NCBI RefSeq assembly: GCF_964355755.1
Contig: NC_092673.1
Location: 25,975,648 to 26,039,647, forward strand
DNA from: Antedon mediterranea
Lineage: Eukaryota; Animalia; Echinodermata
DNA length: 64,000 bases
Direction: 5' to 3'
The stretch's first letter is position 1, and each line of letters opens with the position of its first letter. Shown piece after piece: positions 12,555 through 25,377 of this stretch. A program made the position numbers and the translations under genes. The notes under the pieces were generated by a model that worked only from the letters and a program-made list of their open reading frames with translations, did no database searches and was not told where the DNA came from.

Positions 12555-14269
12555 ATGGCTGTTACCTGTACAACACGATGTGTGATAGCAGTTTGTTTAG
12601 TTGCAACACTTTTATCTGTTCTTATGGCTACTTCTGAGGCGGCTAAGCAACGACCAAGGGGGTTTGGAAAAGGAAGAACGAATACAAGAAACAGTTGGAA
12701 GGCGTCGGGAATTGGTTCACGGGTACGTACCGTTTTATGTAATGCCTTAATTTAAGAAAATTGTGATTAAATCTTAAGGTCTGTTCACACGCACTAAAGT
12801 TAAGCTGCTACAAATCATACCTCAGTGGCGCCAACTCCAATTATAATTAGTCCGAACCCTCTCCGATCTTATTAGCCCGATGTTCCTCCGATACAAATCC
12901 GAATTGTTTCAATCTGAACGCAAAACACATTAAACCGATTAAAGCATTGTATTTAACTCCAATAGAGAAAATAATAATAATAATTATACTCCCGACTTAA
13001 TTTTGTCCGGTCCAAGTAATTTTACAAATTCAATACATTTTATACAATACAGAATGCGTAATTACATTACGTTATAAATTACGCGTGCTGTAGTTGTTAT
13101 CTCGTGTTTGCCAATTCGTTCTTAATGCCTATTAACTAACCATCGTAGGTTAGACCTTAGTTTAGGCATCATCTATATACAAAATCCTGACCTATATAAT
13201 AACGATACACTAATGGTCTTTAACGGATCTTCAAGTGTGTATTTAGTTACAAGTATTTAGCCAATAAGTTTATTCAATTCTCTGCGTTAGGATTGCATGT
13301 TAATGAGACAAGATTACTATTATCAAGTCATGTACGGTTGCCTACCATAACATAAATATGATTTTATATTGAAATATTTTTAAAAAATGTGTTAGTTTAG
13401 TTTCCAATATATACAGTACCCCAATAAAAAATACGACAAGATTTATGTTACAAAATATCGACACAAACAAAAACATATATTTTTTTTAATTTGCAATGCA
13501 AATTTATCTTTGCTATCTTTGACCGTTGAAATAGCACATTTCCTGCTATCCTATTTGTGATTTATAGAACTACTTGCTTTATCGTTTAACGACTACTTGA
13601 TTTTAAATTTCTACAGTGTATAGCCGAAGATTTAGTTTTCTTAGGCTGGATTTCTTTCGTATGATCAGACAATATTTTATAAGGTTTCGCGTCTAAACCT
13701 ATATTAATTTCAATCGAATGTTGTAATTGAAACAAAATACGTTGAAATGTAAAACATAATGTTGACAATCGTTATGTTATTAGTAATATAATACAATGTA
13801 TTAATGTGTTCCAATGATTATTATTATTATGCAAGTCAAGCATTTTGAAAGAGTCGTTCTTGCATTATAGTATAATTATAGAATTTTGGTATCAATTTCT
13901 TTCAAAGATTGTCTTTTATTCTTTTTAATAGTTATGTGTGTATGATAAAATGTGCGCAAACGCATTCGCTCTGAAAATACGCGGTAGATGCATTTTTGTC
14001 GACGTGCAACGTTTGTGTTTATGCGTCACTAGTTCATGAAGCGTACTTTCCAAAAATCGATGTATATATTTTTATAACTAATTTCTAAATTTCTTTCTCC
14101 ACAGAAATCCTGTTTAACAGATAAAGACACTCAAGCTTGCGGGATGGGTGGACGAGGGTGGCTTCAGAATCTGTCCGAGTGTTGCGCGGGTTTCAAGTGC
14201 GTTTACGTCATCAAGAAAATTAACAATTTATCTCAGTTTAAACCAACGCCAGTTTGCAAACGAGTATAA
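12555..14269 (+). CDS. Secreted knottin (ICK)-like cysteine-rich peptide precursor, paralog 1 (110 aa)
   Basis: Coding exons 12555-12722 (acceptor ttctag before 12539, donor gtacgt 12723) and 14105-14269 (acceptor ccacag, stop TAA), joined in phase 0. Protein: MAVTCTTRCVIAVCLVATLLSVLMATSEA-AKQRPRGFGKGRTNTRNSWKASGIGSR|KSCLTDKDTQACGMGGRGWLQNLSECCAGFKCVYVIKKINNLSQFKPTPVCKRV*. Hydrophobic signal peptide, basic spacer, C-C-CC-C-C framework; AATAAA at 14311. Confidence 0.88.
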
Positions 14270-17200
14270 AACAGTTGTCTATTCTTAATCAAGAACTTTA
14301 TTTATTATAGAATAAACTTTCAAAATACTTTATAATTCATGCACTAGTTATGTTTCTCTTCAGCTCCATCGCGTTTTTAAATACATAAACGCGTTACAAA
14401 TGTATAATGAGATAAAACAAACAGCATCACTTCAGTTCAACTAAATTAAGTAACGTAAACATTATTTTTAAGTAAAAATTAATGGTATTGTTATGTTTTG
14501 CTTTGTTCTGCCAAAGTTATAATTTATATACTTGTACATAGTGTGTACATTTTGTATAATGTAAATACAGTACATTTTATTGGTCCAAATAAATTATTTT
14601 GATGTATTGAAAAGTGATATTTCAGTATTTTTTATATCTAGAGATTATTTTTAAATACCAAGATGACACGACTACGTTGATGATGATAATTTTCGATTTC
14701 AATTTCTTTTATTTCGGAAATTTCATCCAAATCAACAAACGTACAAACAGAAAAAGAAAAAATTCGCAAAATCTCTGAACTTTACGATAAATATGTGACA
14801 ATAGCGAAGACCAAAATCTGTAATTACTAATTTATCTCAGGCATTAGCGCTGTAACACGACCATATGAACACAAGCCGACAATAACATACTGATGGACAG
14901 ACTGACAGACCACCATGCAGTAAGGTGCTTTATAAATGTGTCAATAATTTCCTTCATCAATCTATTCTTCATTAAAGACAATAAACTAACGACATACTAA
15001 CACGACTTTACTGTATACGTAAAGAGAATGAGTGGTCCTATTCGCCCAAGATTGAGATAACGTGATATAACCAATGATTACCGGTATAAAGTATACCTAA
15101 TTGTTCTTTTGACAAGCAGTATAATACAATTTGAATTGCTCATTCTGCGGTGTTTTAAAAGATCAAATATACATTAATTATTCACTGAAGGAGTGGGGTG
15201 TGATTTAGGGGTAAACATGAAAACACCCTTTTCCCTCTCATATATTTATTATTTTTTAGGCCAATATGCCTATTTTTTCTCATTCCTCAAGTGAGGTCTT
15301 TCCTTTCTAGCACACGCTTCTTGCCTTCTCTATCAATATCCGCGAATGTTTCTTGCATCTGAATTCGAATTGCTTAATGCAAACGCATGAAATATAATGC
15401 GCATTCAATTTGACAAAAAATCATTCTCTCAATATTTGGTTACGACTATGCTCTTTTTATATATCTTCATAAAAGTCTAAATAGAGATTGCATCTCCAGA
15501 AAAACGAATCACTAAAGCTTTTTTCTGGAGGTGGTCCCAAAACAACTTTATCAGTACGTATACTAGATAGATATCAGTCAATTGTTACATTGATCATTTG
15601 TCAAACAAATAAAAAGATCCGTCAATTTTAAACTAAAATGTCTAAAACTGAGATATCTCTATTTCGAGAATAAAATACAGCTTAGTCACTAAATTAGCTT
15701 GTCTTTTGGTATTTAAGCGCATTTTCTAATTTTAGACCAAATGACATTGACAGTGCATTTTCTTCATTGGTGTATCTCTATTGTTTTGCTGATCAGTAAT
15801 AGCCCAATATGAAATAGTTCATATTTGTTTGTTATTAATGTGTAACAATTCATAATATAATTGTCCTGATAGGAAACCATGATCAAGAACTCGATTGATT
15901 GACAGCACTGGATTGGATCACAGCCAGGTACTGCATAACTTGCACAATCCCTGTTACTAATAAAGTCTGCTGTTTGTTTCCACTGTGGATTAGGCTGAAT
16001 TCCCAACTTTTGTCCCAATGGATTAAATAAGTTCTCTTCCCTTTCTCAACAAGTCCAACTTGTTTCCGAAACGCATAACAACTTGTGTTAATGGACAGAC
16101 TTAAAAGATACAATAGTCATTTCGTATAGGAGACTAAGTAAAAACGAATTAAAACTGGATGTGTGCTTTTAATTAAAACAAATAATTAGTGTTAATTAAT
16201 AGGTTAAAATCTCAAGATGACAACAGAACAGGTAAACACAAGTTGTTTTGTTATAAGTCGTATTGTTATTAGCATTGTCATACTACAGTGTTTTAGTGAA
16301 ATGATTGTAATTTAAAATTAATTCTTAGTCATTTTTTGGTGTGAAAGTTTGTGACGTTATACAAAGCCCAGTTGGTTGAGTGAGCGCGGTTTTCGTTTCA
16401 TGGTTTCCATTGACACTGCTGCGTGATTAATCAGAATGTTTTACCCGATAATCTATTGTATGCCTAAAATACCCGACAAATAAACAAGGTAATAATAATT
16501 ATGTTTTTAAGTGAGTTGGCGTAAATCCAAGTTCTAAACTTTAAGCCGATAAAGATTTAAATTTCTTCTAATGATTACCAGTCGCAAATTTGAAATCGTC
16601 AAAAAAAATCAAGACTGGATTGCGCACACGCGTTACGTGCCTTTCAAACATTACGTGCCAAATATAATTTTAAATTAATCATGATCTTGTGTAATTCATC
16701 CTAATCCAATCGTGCAAACAGCCTGAAACGCAAGATGTAGGACTTCGCTGGGGACATTTTTTAATTAAAGCGAAAGCTTATTTTTGTCACAAGAGCTACA
16801 TTTACAGAAACTTTTTCAGTCACTAAACAAATCAGACAATATTTAATAATAATAATCATAATTGCTTATATAGCGCTTTTCCAAGTTGATCAAAGCGCTT
16901 CCCAGATTTTGATTACAATTTTTATATTAAAAAAAACTGATCTCAATGAATTAAAATTTATCAATTATCGTACTCTAAACTTCATTTGACAACTAATTAT
17001 CTTATTAGAAAGAGCAGAAAAAATAGGAAAACATACATGCTACTTCGTAACTACTGTTGTAGACCTATCAACACTGAGGACATTATTTACCACAGTGTCC
17101 ATGGTGGTGCCTCGAGACTGCAATATCTTCAGCTAATGTACTTATACCAAACAAATGAGTTCAGGCTTAATGTAAAGCAAGGTTGTTGATCTTTACTTTT

Positions 17201-17574
17201 AAATTATAAAGTGTATCTTTATTGTGTCATCAATGTTCCGAATGCAGAAATAAATGTTTACAATCAATAAAAAGTTGAAAAGGACATGAATGTGTTGCAA
17301 TTAATAGTTTGTCAAACCAAACAAATATGATACGTATAATTTGCATTGTTCATTTTTTTTAAATGTATTTGTGTTTTAGTTTGTTACTTTTGATGAGGTA
17401 ATTTGCGTATTTGGAAAAAATAAAAATTATCCTTTCAAAGTTCTTCAGAAAAGGAGTTTCTATATGTATATAAATTAAAATTATCATGAACATATGATGT
17501 ACCGCATGTTTACAATATTATGTACCAGCACTGCGCTGCTTAATATTTACATTATTTTTAGATCGTTTCAAAAG

Positions 17575-18652
17575 TTTTTTTTTTTCTCTTTTGTGGCGTG
17601 AACCACCACCTTTATTCTTTCATATCATAATTAAATACATTACAAATAAATCAGTAATATCTGTCTTCATATGTTCTTTCTTTAATTATATTGTTTTCCG
17701 TTAATATTCTACATTTTTCTTTATCTTTTTCTGCTCAAAAAAAAAATATCAGTAATTTTTGTAAATTTTAGTTTTTCACATATTGTTTCCAATATTATCC
17801 TTTTGCTTTCATGGTTTGTTATTATTCACATTGTACACAGACAATATACATACCATTTATATACATCTTATAGACATTATATACAAAGATATAAAACAAC
17901 GTTTAATAAATTTATTAGGTACCGGTAACTCTTTTAACATTATATGAGCGTTAGTTTGTTCAGATCCTTAACAATAGACTTAAATACAATCCAAGAGTTT
18001 TTACACACTGGTTTGTTTAATTCAGTTAAAATCTTAATGTTATATATTGAGAAGACAGCAATTGAATATAAGTCATTTTTGTATTCACAATCAGACCCTA
18101 AAAGAAGTTCTCTAAAAGAGCTTCTGCCATTGTCAATATTTTTAAAAATGTTATCTATGTTTGTCCATAAAGTTTTATTTCGTATGCATTCAAAAAACAT
18201 GTGTTTTTCGTCTTCAATTACCCCACATAAGTCACATACATTATTCATTTTCACATGCCACTTATGAAGCCTTTGATTAGTCGGAACAATTTTGTTCAAC
18301 AGCTTGTAATTTAGTTGTGCATATTTTTTGTTTTTTTCATTTTTCACTTTTTTTATCCAAACGTCACTCCAATTTATTTTCTGAGTGTTAAAGGCCATAT
18401 TCCATTTGCCCATTACATGCGGATAAATAAATTTTTCTTTAATAAAGCACGAATATATAAGTTTTGTTTCCAGCATATAGGCGTCATTAGTTATGATGCA
18501 CCCATCTTTTATATTTGTAGGCCCGTTCTTGTTGTAATTTTTAATTATATTAATCCAATCTTTTGGAATAGCATCAACTAAGGAAGCATATTCCATGAGC
18601 CAGTTTATTTTATTACGTAGTGTTTCAAGGATTTCATTAGATGTTTTCAAAC
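17575..18652 (-). mobile_element. 5'-truncated L1/Tx1-like LINE with poly(A) tail and TSD
   Basis: 236-aa ORF with zf-RVT/CCHC motif CDLCGVIEDEKHMFFEC; poly(T) at 17575-17585; direct repeat CGTTTCAAAAG at 17564-17574 and 18653-18663. Confidence 0.88.
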
Positions 18653-20305
18653 CGTTTCAAAAGTTTGGTACAGTAATAATATTATTATTCCGACCCTTGC
18701 AGCCAGTAAAGAACAATTTTAGATTTTAGTTGCTTTGGAAAGAAAAATATTATGGAGCATCATTCAGAGGACACAAAACATAAAGAACAACAATTTAGGC
18801 CTATTTCAAATATGATTTATTCATTCGTTTTTTTTGTGAACGCAATAAATAGTAATTTAACCGTTGGTGGCGCTATTAATCTACAAATTATATTTTGACA
18901 GAAATTGTATAATAATTTTAGGAGTCATGGGATAATGTTTAAAATGATTAAATTAGCCTAATAATATTATCAATAAGTAACTTTCGTTATTCTGCCTGCT
19001 TCGTAGGGCAATTTTGTAGTTCAATTAATTATAATTTATAGTATTCTCCCTCAATAAATACGTTTAATATAGGCCATGCGAACTTGACCCAATCAGCCTT
19101 ATCTCAAAAACGTTGTTGTTAATTATTAATTAGCTATCCAGGGAGGAGTAACTATAATACTGTAAGGTAGATCTAGGCCAAATACGATTACTTCTATGTC
19201 AGTTGCTTTTTTTTCTTAAATACAACATAAGGCATGCATTTCATTGCATCATATTATTCTCAACAGAACTCTGATATAAAACTTGTATGTAGGTGCGAAT
19301 TCGGATTTATTTTGTAGTTTTAAAACCTCAAATAAATAAAAAAAAAACACAGTACTTTAACATGCAATAGAAGTTTAAGGAGGGTAAAATACTACTTGTG
19401 AAGGCTACTATTGCATGATACATTCCTTAATAATAAAAAACCAATGTTGAGGAGGAAATTAAAGAATTGATCGAAGATACTGATTTCCAAAAGATATTTC
19501 CAACAAAAGAATAGAAACCTAGTTTTAGTTAAAGTTATTTTTATTTACATACGCATGCGCAGTTCAATTAAGTATGACAAAACAAAAAAGAGTGAGTTAG
19601 ATCAGTTTCTACTTTTGAGAAAATGAATTTCTATTCTTATTCTCTAGCTATTTAAAGAATTATTGTATCGTGCAGAAGAAAGTTTGCTCGCTTGTGTGCG
19701 TCAAACATATTGAAACAATCTTATAAAATTAGAGATCTTATTGGGTTATAAATGCCCTATTAATCCACGTGATCTTCTTCGTGACCCCGAGGGTCCTGTT
19801 AGCATTAAAGATCATTAATTTAAGAATTTCTTTGATATAAATGATGACGCAACAGTAAATTAATTCCAATCAAGGGAATATTGAGTGTCAATGGCTGTTA
19901 GTTCGTATCTTAGAATTGCACGGGGATAATCAAACGAAAACCGATGTTCACACTATCTCTCAGCTTGTTAAGTGATGTATATAAGTTATCTTTAAGCGAT
20001 ATCTTTAAAATAATAATTATTATAATCAAATAGGTTACAGAAATAGTTGGGCACAATATTATTTAGGAAATAGTTGGATTAAAGTGTATTTATATATCAC
20101 TAACATGTAGGCCTACTCTGTACTGTATCAGTGACGTAAGCTAAAAGTTTACCTCTGGTCATAAGGTGGATTTAATAACATTTTAATTGATAATTCTTTT
20201 AATTTTTCTTTTGCAACATTGATGATAATATTAACCTGTACTGATTTTGTTTCCCAGGCCGCATTATTGTCATTAAAATTGAAATGACGTTCATCATTGG
20301 TCTTA

Positions 20306-20460
20306 TGTGCACTGAATAGGGGCTGGAAGTTGTGCACTGAGGGGCTAGTCGTATGTGCACTGAAAGGGGCTAACAGTTGTGCACTGATGGGCTAGTCGTA
20401 TGTGCACTGAAAGGCTGAAAGGGGCTAGCAGTTGTGCACTGAGGGGCTAGTCATGTGTGA
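20306..20460. repeat. Degenerate ~22-25 bp tandem repeat (TGTGCACTGAGGGGCTAGTCGTA-like)
   Basis: TGTGCACTGA core recurs about 6 times. Confidence 0.75.
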
Positions 20461-21913
20461 AATGAATAGGGATGGCCGATATGTGTTCAAAGAGTGAAAT
20501 TACACATTGTAAGTTAAATGTATATAGCGCAAAATACAAATAGTCTCTATGCGCTGTTTAGCACAAGTGTGAAAATGAAAATGTTGATGTCAAATAAACC
20601 ACGAAATAGCCTAAATAAACCGAATAAATTGACAACAGAAAAAGTCCGAAAACGGAATCTCACATCACCACACTGTTTCACTAACTTGTCAAAACATGCT
20701 AACTATTGACTATCCTGCCTAACAAACAATCAATCATACTGGTATGAAAAGTCTACCCTTCCCATAATTCAAACATACTGAAGTAAATGGATATTTAAGG
20801 GTTTTGTATTTACTGTTGGTTTATTACATGTGGTACACTTCAATATAGAAACGATAAAGATAACCATGACAATAAATGTTTGCTAATGGATAATTGTTTT
20901 ATATATTTTACATATAGTAAAAGTACACTCTTATGAATTAGACATATATTACCTAGCAATCCTTTTTGATCCACGTATGTGCATTTAAAGTAATGATCTA
21001 TTTAAACCTTGATAAGATAAAAATAACTCAAATCAATAGTACATTATATACTATTATAATAATTATAATAAATGTATAGAGATGTCTGTATGCATGCATG
21101 GTGTACAGTTCGTGTTTACATGATGGAGTGCGAACGCACACACATGTGTTTATTTAGGCCTGTATGTATGCCTATTTATGTACACGTCTATATAATTATA
21201 ACTTTTAAAAACAATTTTGATTTTGATTTTGATTAATATTAATAAATGAGTAAATGGTTATAGCATAATTGTATAAAACACAAGCAATATGATTACTTGT
21301 TATTGTTATTATTGATATTCTAATGTTGAATAAAATTGAATAAAGGTGGTACATGCCACAAAAATATTTTTAAAAAATGTGGTACACTAGGAATGACCAT
21401 TTGGTTTTCGCGAAAGGTTCTGGGTTAAAAACCTTTATTTACTTGTGTTTACCGCCGAATTGAACAGTCATGAGCTGTATATGTTTTGAATTTGATAACA
21501 ATTTTAGCACAGGTATAATTTATATAACCTTTTTTTACTTTTATCATTATTCTGTCAGTTAATTTGCCTTTTGATTTATACTTTTTATATAATAAATTAT
21601 TATATAAAACAGTGAAATATACTATTACTAATAGTAACGCCCACAGCATGTAAAATGGTCATGTGATTTGTTGTAGTGGATATTAAAAGTAATCATTTCC
21701 AACAATAATTGGCCTTGAGCTTATGGGAAAAAAATATCCCGTCATATTTAAAGGACTGACCAATGAGGTGATGAATTTGCAATCTTAGTTGTGAGGTAAT
21801 CAAATTGTGCAAGGAGCCGGTGGGATTACTGTCTACTCAGGCTCGGATTATCTAAGTTCGTAGAAGTTGATTTCAAACTTGTCCAGGGCACGAAATTTCC
21901 ACTTCGATATAAG

Positions 21914-22068
21914 TATAAATATACGAGCAAGTAAGTAGTTAGATTCATTTCATGTCTGTACGGCGGACTGAATCATACTACAGGTCAACGATACTGTAAG
22001 ACATAGGAAAACCATCGATTATTATTATCCTTGTTAAAAGACGTTACTCTGTACATATTTACATAAAC
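21914..22068 (+). promoter_or_regulatory. TATA box and probable non-coding exon 1 of knottin paralog 2
   Basis: TATAAATA at 21914-21921, Inr-like TCATTT ~21945, donor gtaagt at 22069, next acceptor at 23689-23690. Mirrors the architecture of paralog 1. Confidence 0.55.
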
Positions 22069-23704
22069 GTAAGTGAACTCTTTATTTTTTATTATTGCAT
22101 TATTTTGGACTTAATTTACGATTGTCGTTTTTATTTGGTTATCTTTCTAGTTTTATGTTTATTGGTTAATGGAATGCAACATTTTTAATTTAGGACGAAA
22201 CGCAAGGACGAAGCTCGACGCAATTAATTTTACCATTCACGACGAGATGGATCAACATCTATCGTGTCGTGATTGGTCAAATTCATTGCGTTGCGCTTGC
22301 GTTGCGTCCAAGTGGGGACCGTAGAATGAGTAATTTGAGTTAAAATAGACTTTGATAATAAGGAAACATGTACGTTTCTGTAGGATCAGACGATTTTTTA
22401 GACGACGATAGAATATTACCAATAGTATAACATGGGTACACGTGCGTAATTAGTGAGTGATACGGCGGCGACGAAAGCATATCAAACCACAATTCATGCA
22501 CACGCGATAGGCTACTAACGGCTGGGTACTATTAAAGTATATAATAAAAATGGGCCATTAAATCCTAAATCAACATGATACAACATATTACAGTAAATAA
22601 ATATTTGTAATTAAAAAGCGAAGTGTTGCTATAATAATAAAATGGGTCTTTTAAGCCGAAGTTATTGTGATATATCTTAACATTAATAATAATAATAATA
22701 GGTTTGCAATTAATAGCAGATAACAACCATTATGGAACATAATACAATGATTGATATCAATTATTGCATACGTCACCCAGATGTTGTTATATATAACCGT
22801 AGTAAAAAAAAACGGGTTCTTTCAGCCGAAATTATCTTATAACATAATATACACATTAGAGATTTGTAATTAGCAGTGTATAGAATAATAACAACCGGTT
22901 TTAATCTTAATAAGATGGCACTAACATGATTGATAATAATGTATACGTCGTCCTTATAGTGTTGCTATAGTGTTACGTCTGTCAAATTCATGATTTATTT
23001 TGACATAGGTACATTAGTTGATAATGATAAATCTCTTATTGTTTATAATCAGATATGTATCATACGTCGCTGCAGTAGATTGAAAGCCAATGTACGAATG
23101 CAGCAATAATAAGTATGCATTGTATTCGTTATACAATGACATAGGATTCTTAATGTTGTATTATAATGTTCGCGAACGTTCATATTCGGTAAATGAACAC
23201 TGTTATATCATATATTAATATCAGGGAATGGCGCCTGCTATTAATTTACTGGTTGTTGTTTACGTGCAATGGGTTGTGTCTAATTTTGTATTATGGACCC
23301 ACGTAAAAAAAGACCTATCAATTAACTTAGGCCTATATTAATGTTTTATATGCGCGGGGGAAAAAGCAGTTTAGATTAGTGATAGATATATAAATTTACC
23401 GCAATACCAGAGAAGAATAAATTTCACTCTTCCCTGGCAATACATATTTAGGAGGGTTTTTTTTAAACTATTTAACTATTTTGACTATTTTAAAACTGTG
23501 TGTTTAAATCAAGATCAATGTTTTCTCGTTCGTTTCCTGAAAAATCTTATTCACTTTTACTTGTTGTTCAACTCATATATTCTAAATAAGGAAACATGTT
23601 TTATGTTTACCGTTGCTTTTTCGTCCATGACATAAACAAAGCATTTTCCAATTATTGGATCAATGAAGTCATTATCTTTTCTTATCTCAGATCAGTATCC
23701 AACG

Positions 23705-25377
23705 ATGAATCGGGTGATGAAGCAAAGCACGATACTTGTAATGGCCGCTTTACTGTTATTGTGTCTTATGGTGGATGTTAGCGAGTCAGCGTCGTCTCCG
23801 AACCGTAGGAACAGGTACAGGATGAAGCTAAGCCGAAAGTTAATGCAACCATCTACGGGAAATGTAAGTAGTTTGTAGTCTATAATCTGACACTAAGCCC
23901 CCAGAAGACGAACTGTTTTTTACGGTAAAGCAATTTCGAAGTATTTATAGTTGGTTGGGGATATTCCTTTAATATTGACCGAAATATTTCGGAATGTTGG
24001 TTCACATTAGAGCAACATTAAGCCGATCGTAATTCATTCAGACCAATCACAACGCGATGGGTCATCCGGACTGCCACTTGTGATTGGTTAACTCACTAAT
24101 TTGTGTAAATAGCCAGATGGGTTATGGATATCTAAAAAATTAAAAGATGATTTCTGCGAAGGAATTACACGTAAATTCTTTAGTCTTTTACACACAAAAA
24201 TGTTAGCATATTTTTAGAAATATATCGAGTGTTATAATAAATAACTGTGATAAATGGAAATAGTCATATTTTCAAAACCGATTAATTGAACAATACATAA
24301 AACATTCACTTAATAATATTCAGATCCTAATGGGATTAAACTGTACTGAATGTAATCGTTCAAATACAACATTCTACAAAGTTCGAACCCATTGGTCAAA
24401 TCAACATCTATAAACTAATTGTTATAGGGTGATCACTTTTATGATAAAAGAGACTTCAACAGTTAACGATATTTATTTGTTTAGTATTGATGTATATACA
24501 CAATATAAAATGAAAATGTATTTAATTAGGAAATCCTTACGGATCAGTAATAGGCTCTTATTATAGGCAAAACTTTCTTGACCTACTCCTATGAGTATAC
24601 CACCTATTTATCTATAAATATATAATATCTACATACTAAAAATAACGTATAAGTCATCCTACTTCTACCGTCTACATTTTTAATAGATTTTGTTTAAAAT
24701 TATACACTGGAAACCCAGCCTTTTAGCAAATAATTCTATATAATAAAAAAACATCGATGACCGACAGGTTGAGCTTCAATTTTAAAACTTGAATCACAAA
24801 TGGTTTTTTTTATGATATTCAATACATCATGGGTTGATAACAATTATTTAATATAAAAAATGAATTAAAAGCATTTTTATTACGCTGAAATATGAAAGGT
24901 CTTATCAAGTTACATACGTTATATGTCATATAACAGGGGACTGATGAAATAGAGTCAAAGAAATATTAATCATTTTTTATATCACGTTTAAGGTACATCA
25001 AGTTAAACTAACTCTGGTATCTTCTTCAGACAAGAAGGAATTTCTTTTTCAATTATAAATATTATTTACGTCGTGTAACAACGTGTATTAATTTTGTAAC
25101 GAAACGTTTCACATATTTAAAATGAAACTATAATCCTTTCATGCCAATCTTTACTTTAATATGATACTTTATTGTACTTTTTATGTTTGTTTTTTTTTTA
25201 AAGTTTCGTGGATCATCATGCGCCACAGACAAAAGTGGACGACTTTGCTCAGTCAATCCAAAAAGCTGGGTGTCCGGACTGACCGAATGCTGCCCAGGTT
25301 ACAAGTGTGTCGTCACAATGCAGACGGTACCAGGTTTTACGATAACTCGTGTCAGACCACAATGCAAGCCCACATGA
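23705..25377 (+). CDS. Secreted knottin (ICK)-like cysteine-rich peptide precursor, paralog 2 (110 aa)
   Basis: Coding exons 23705-23863 (acceptor tctcag before 23691, donor gtaagt 23864) and 25204-25377 (poly-T + aag acceptor, stop TGA), joined in phase 0. Protein: MNRVMKQSTILVMAALLLLCLMVDVSES-ASSPNRRNRYRMKLSRKLMQPSTGN|FRGSSCATDKSGRLCSVNPKSWVSGLTECCPGYKCVVTMQTVPGFTITRVRPQCKPT*. Same Cys spacing and exon structure as paralog 1; AATAAA at 25400. Confidence 0.88.

Noticed and set aside
15764-16018. ORF containing CASYAVPGCDPIQCC as a possible third knottin
   Set aside because: Opposite strand, different spacing (C-x7-C-x4-CC), no C5/C6 pair in matching positions, and no signal exon or convincing acceptor.
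17944-18581. + strand ORFs of 107 and 88 aa
   Set aside because: Antisense shadows of the L1/Tx1-like ORF.
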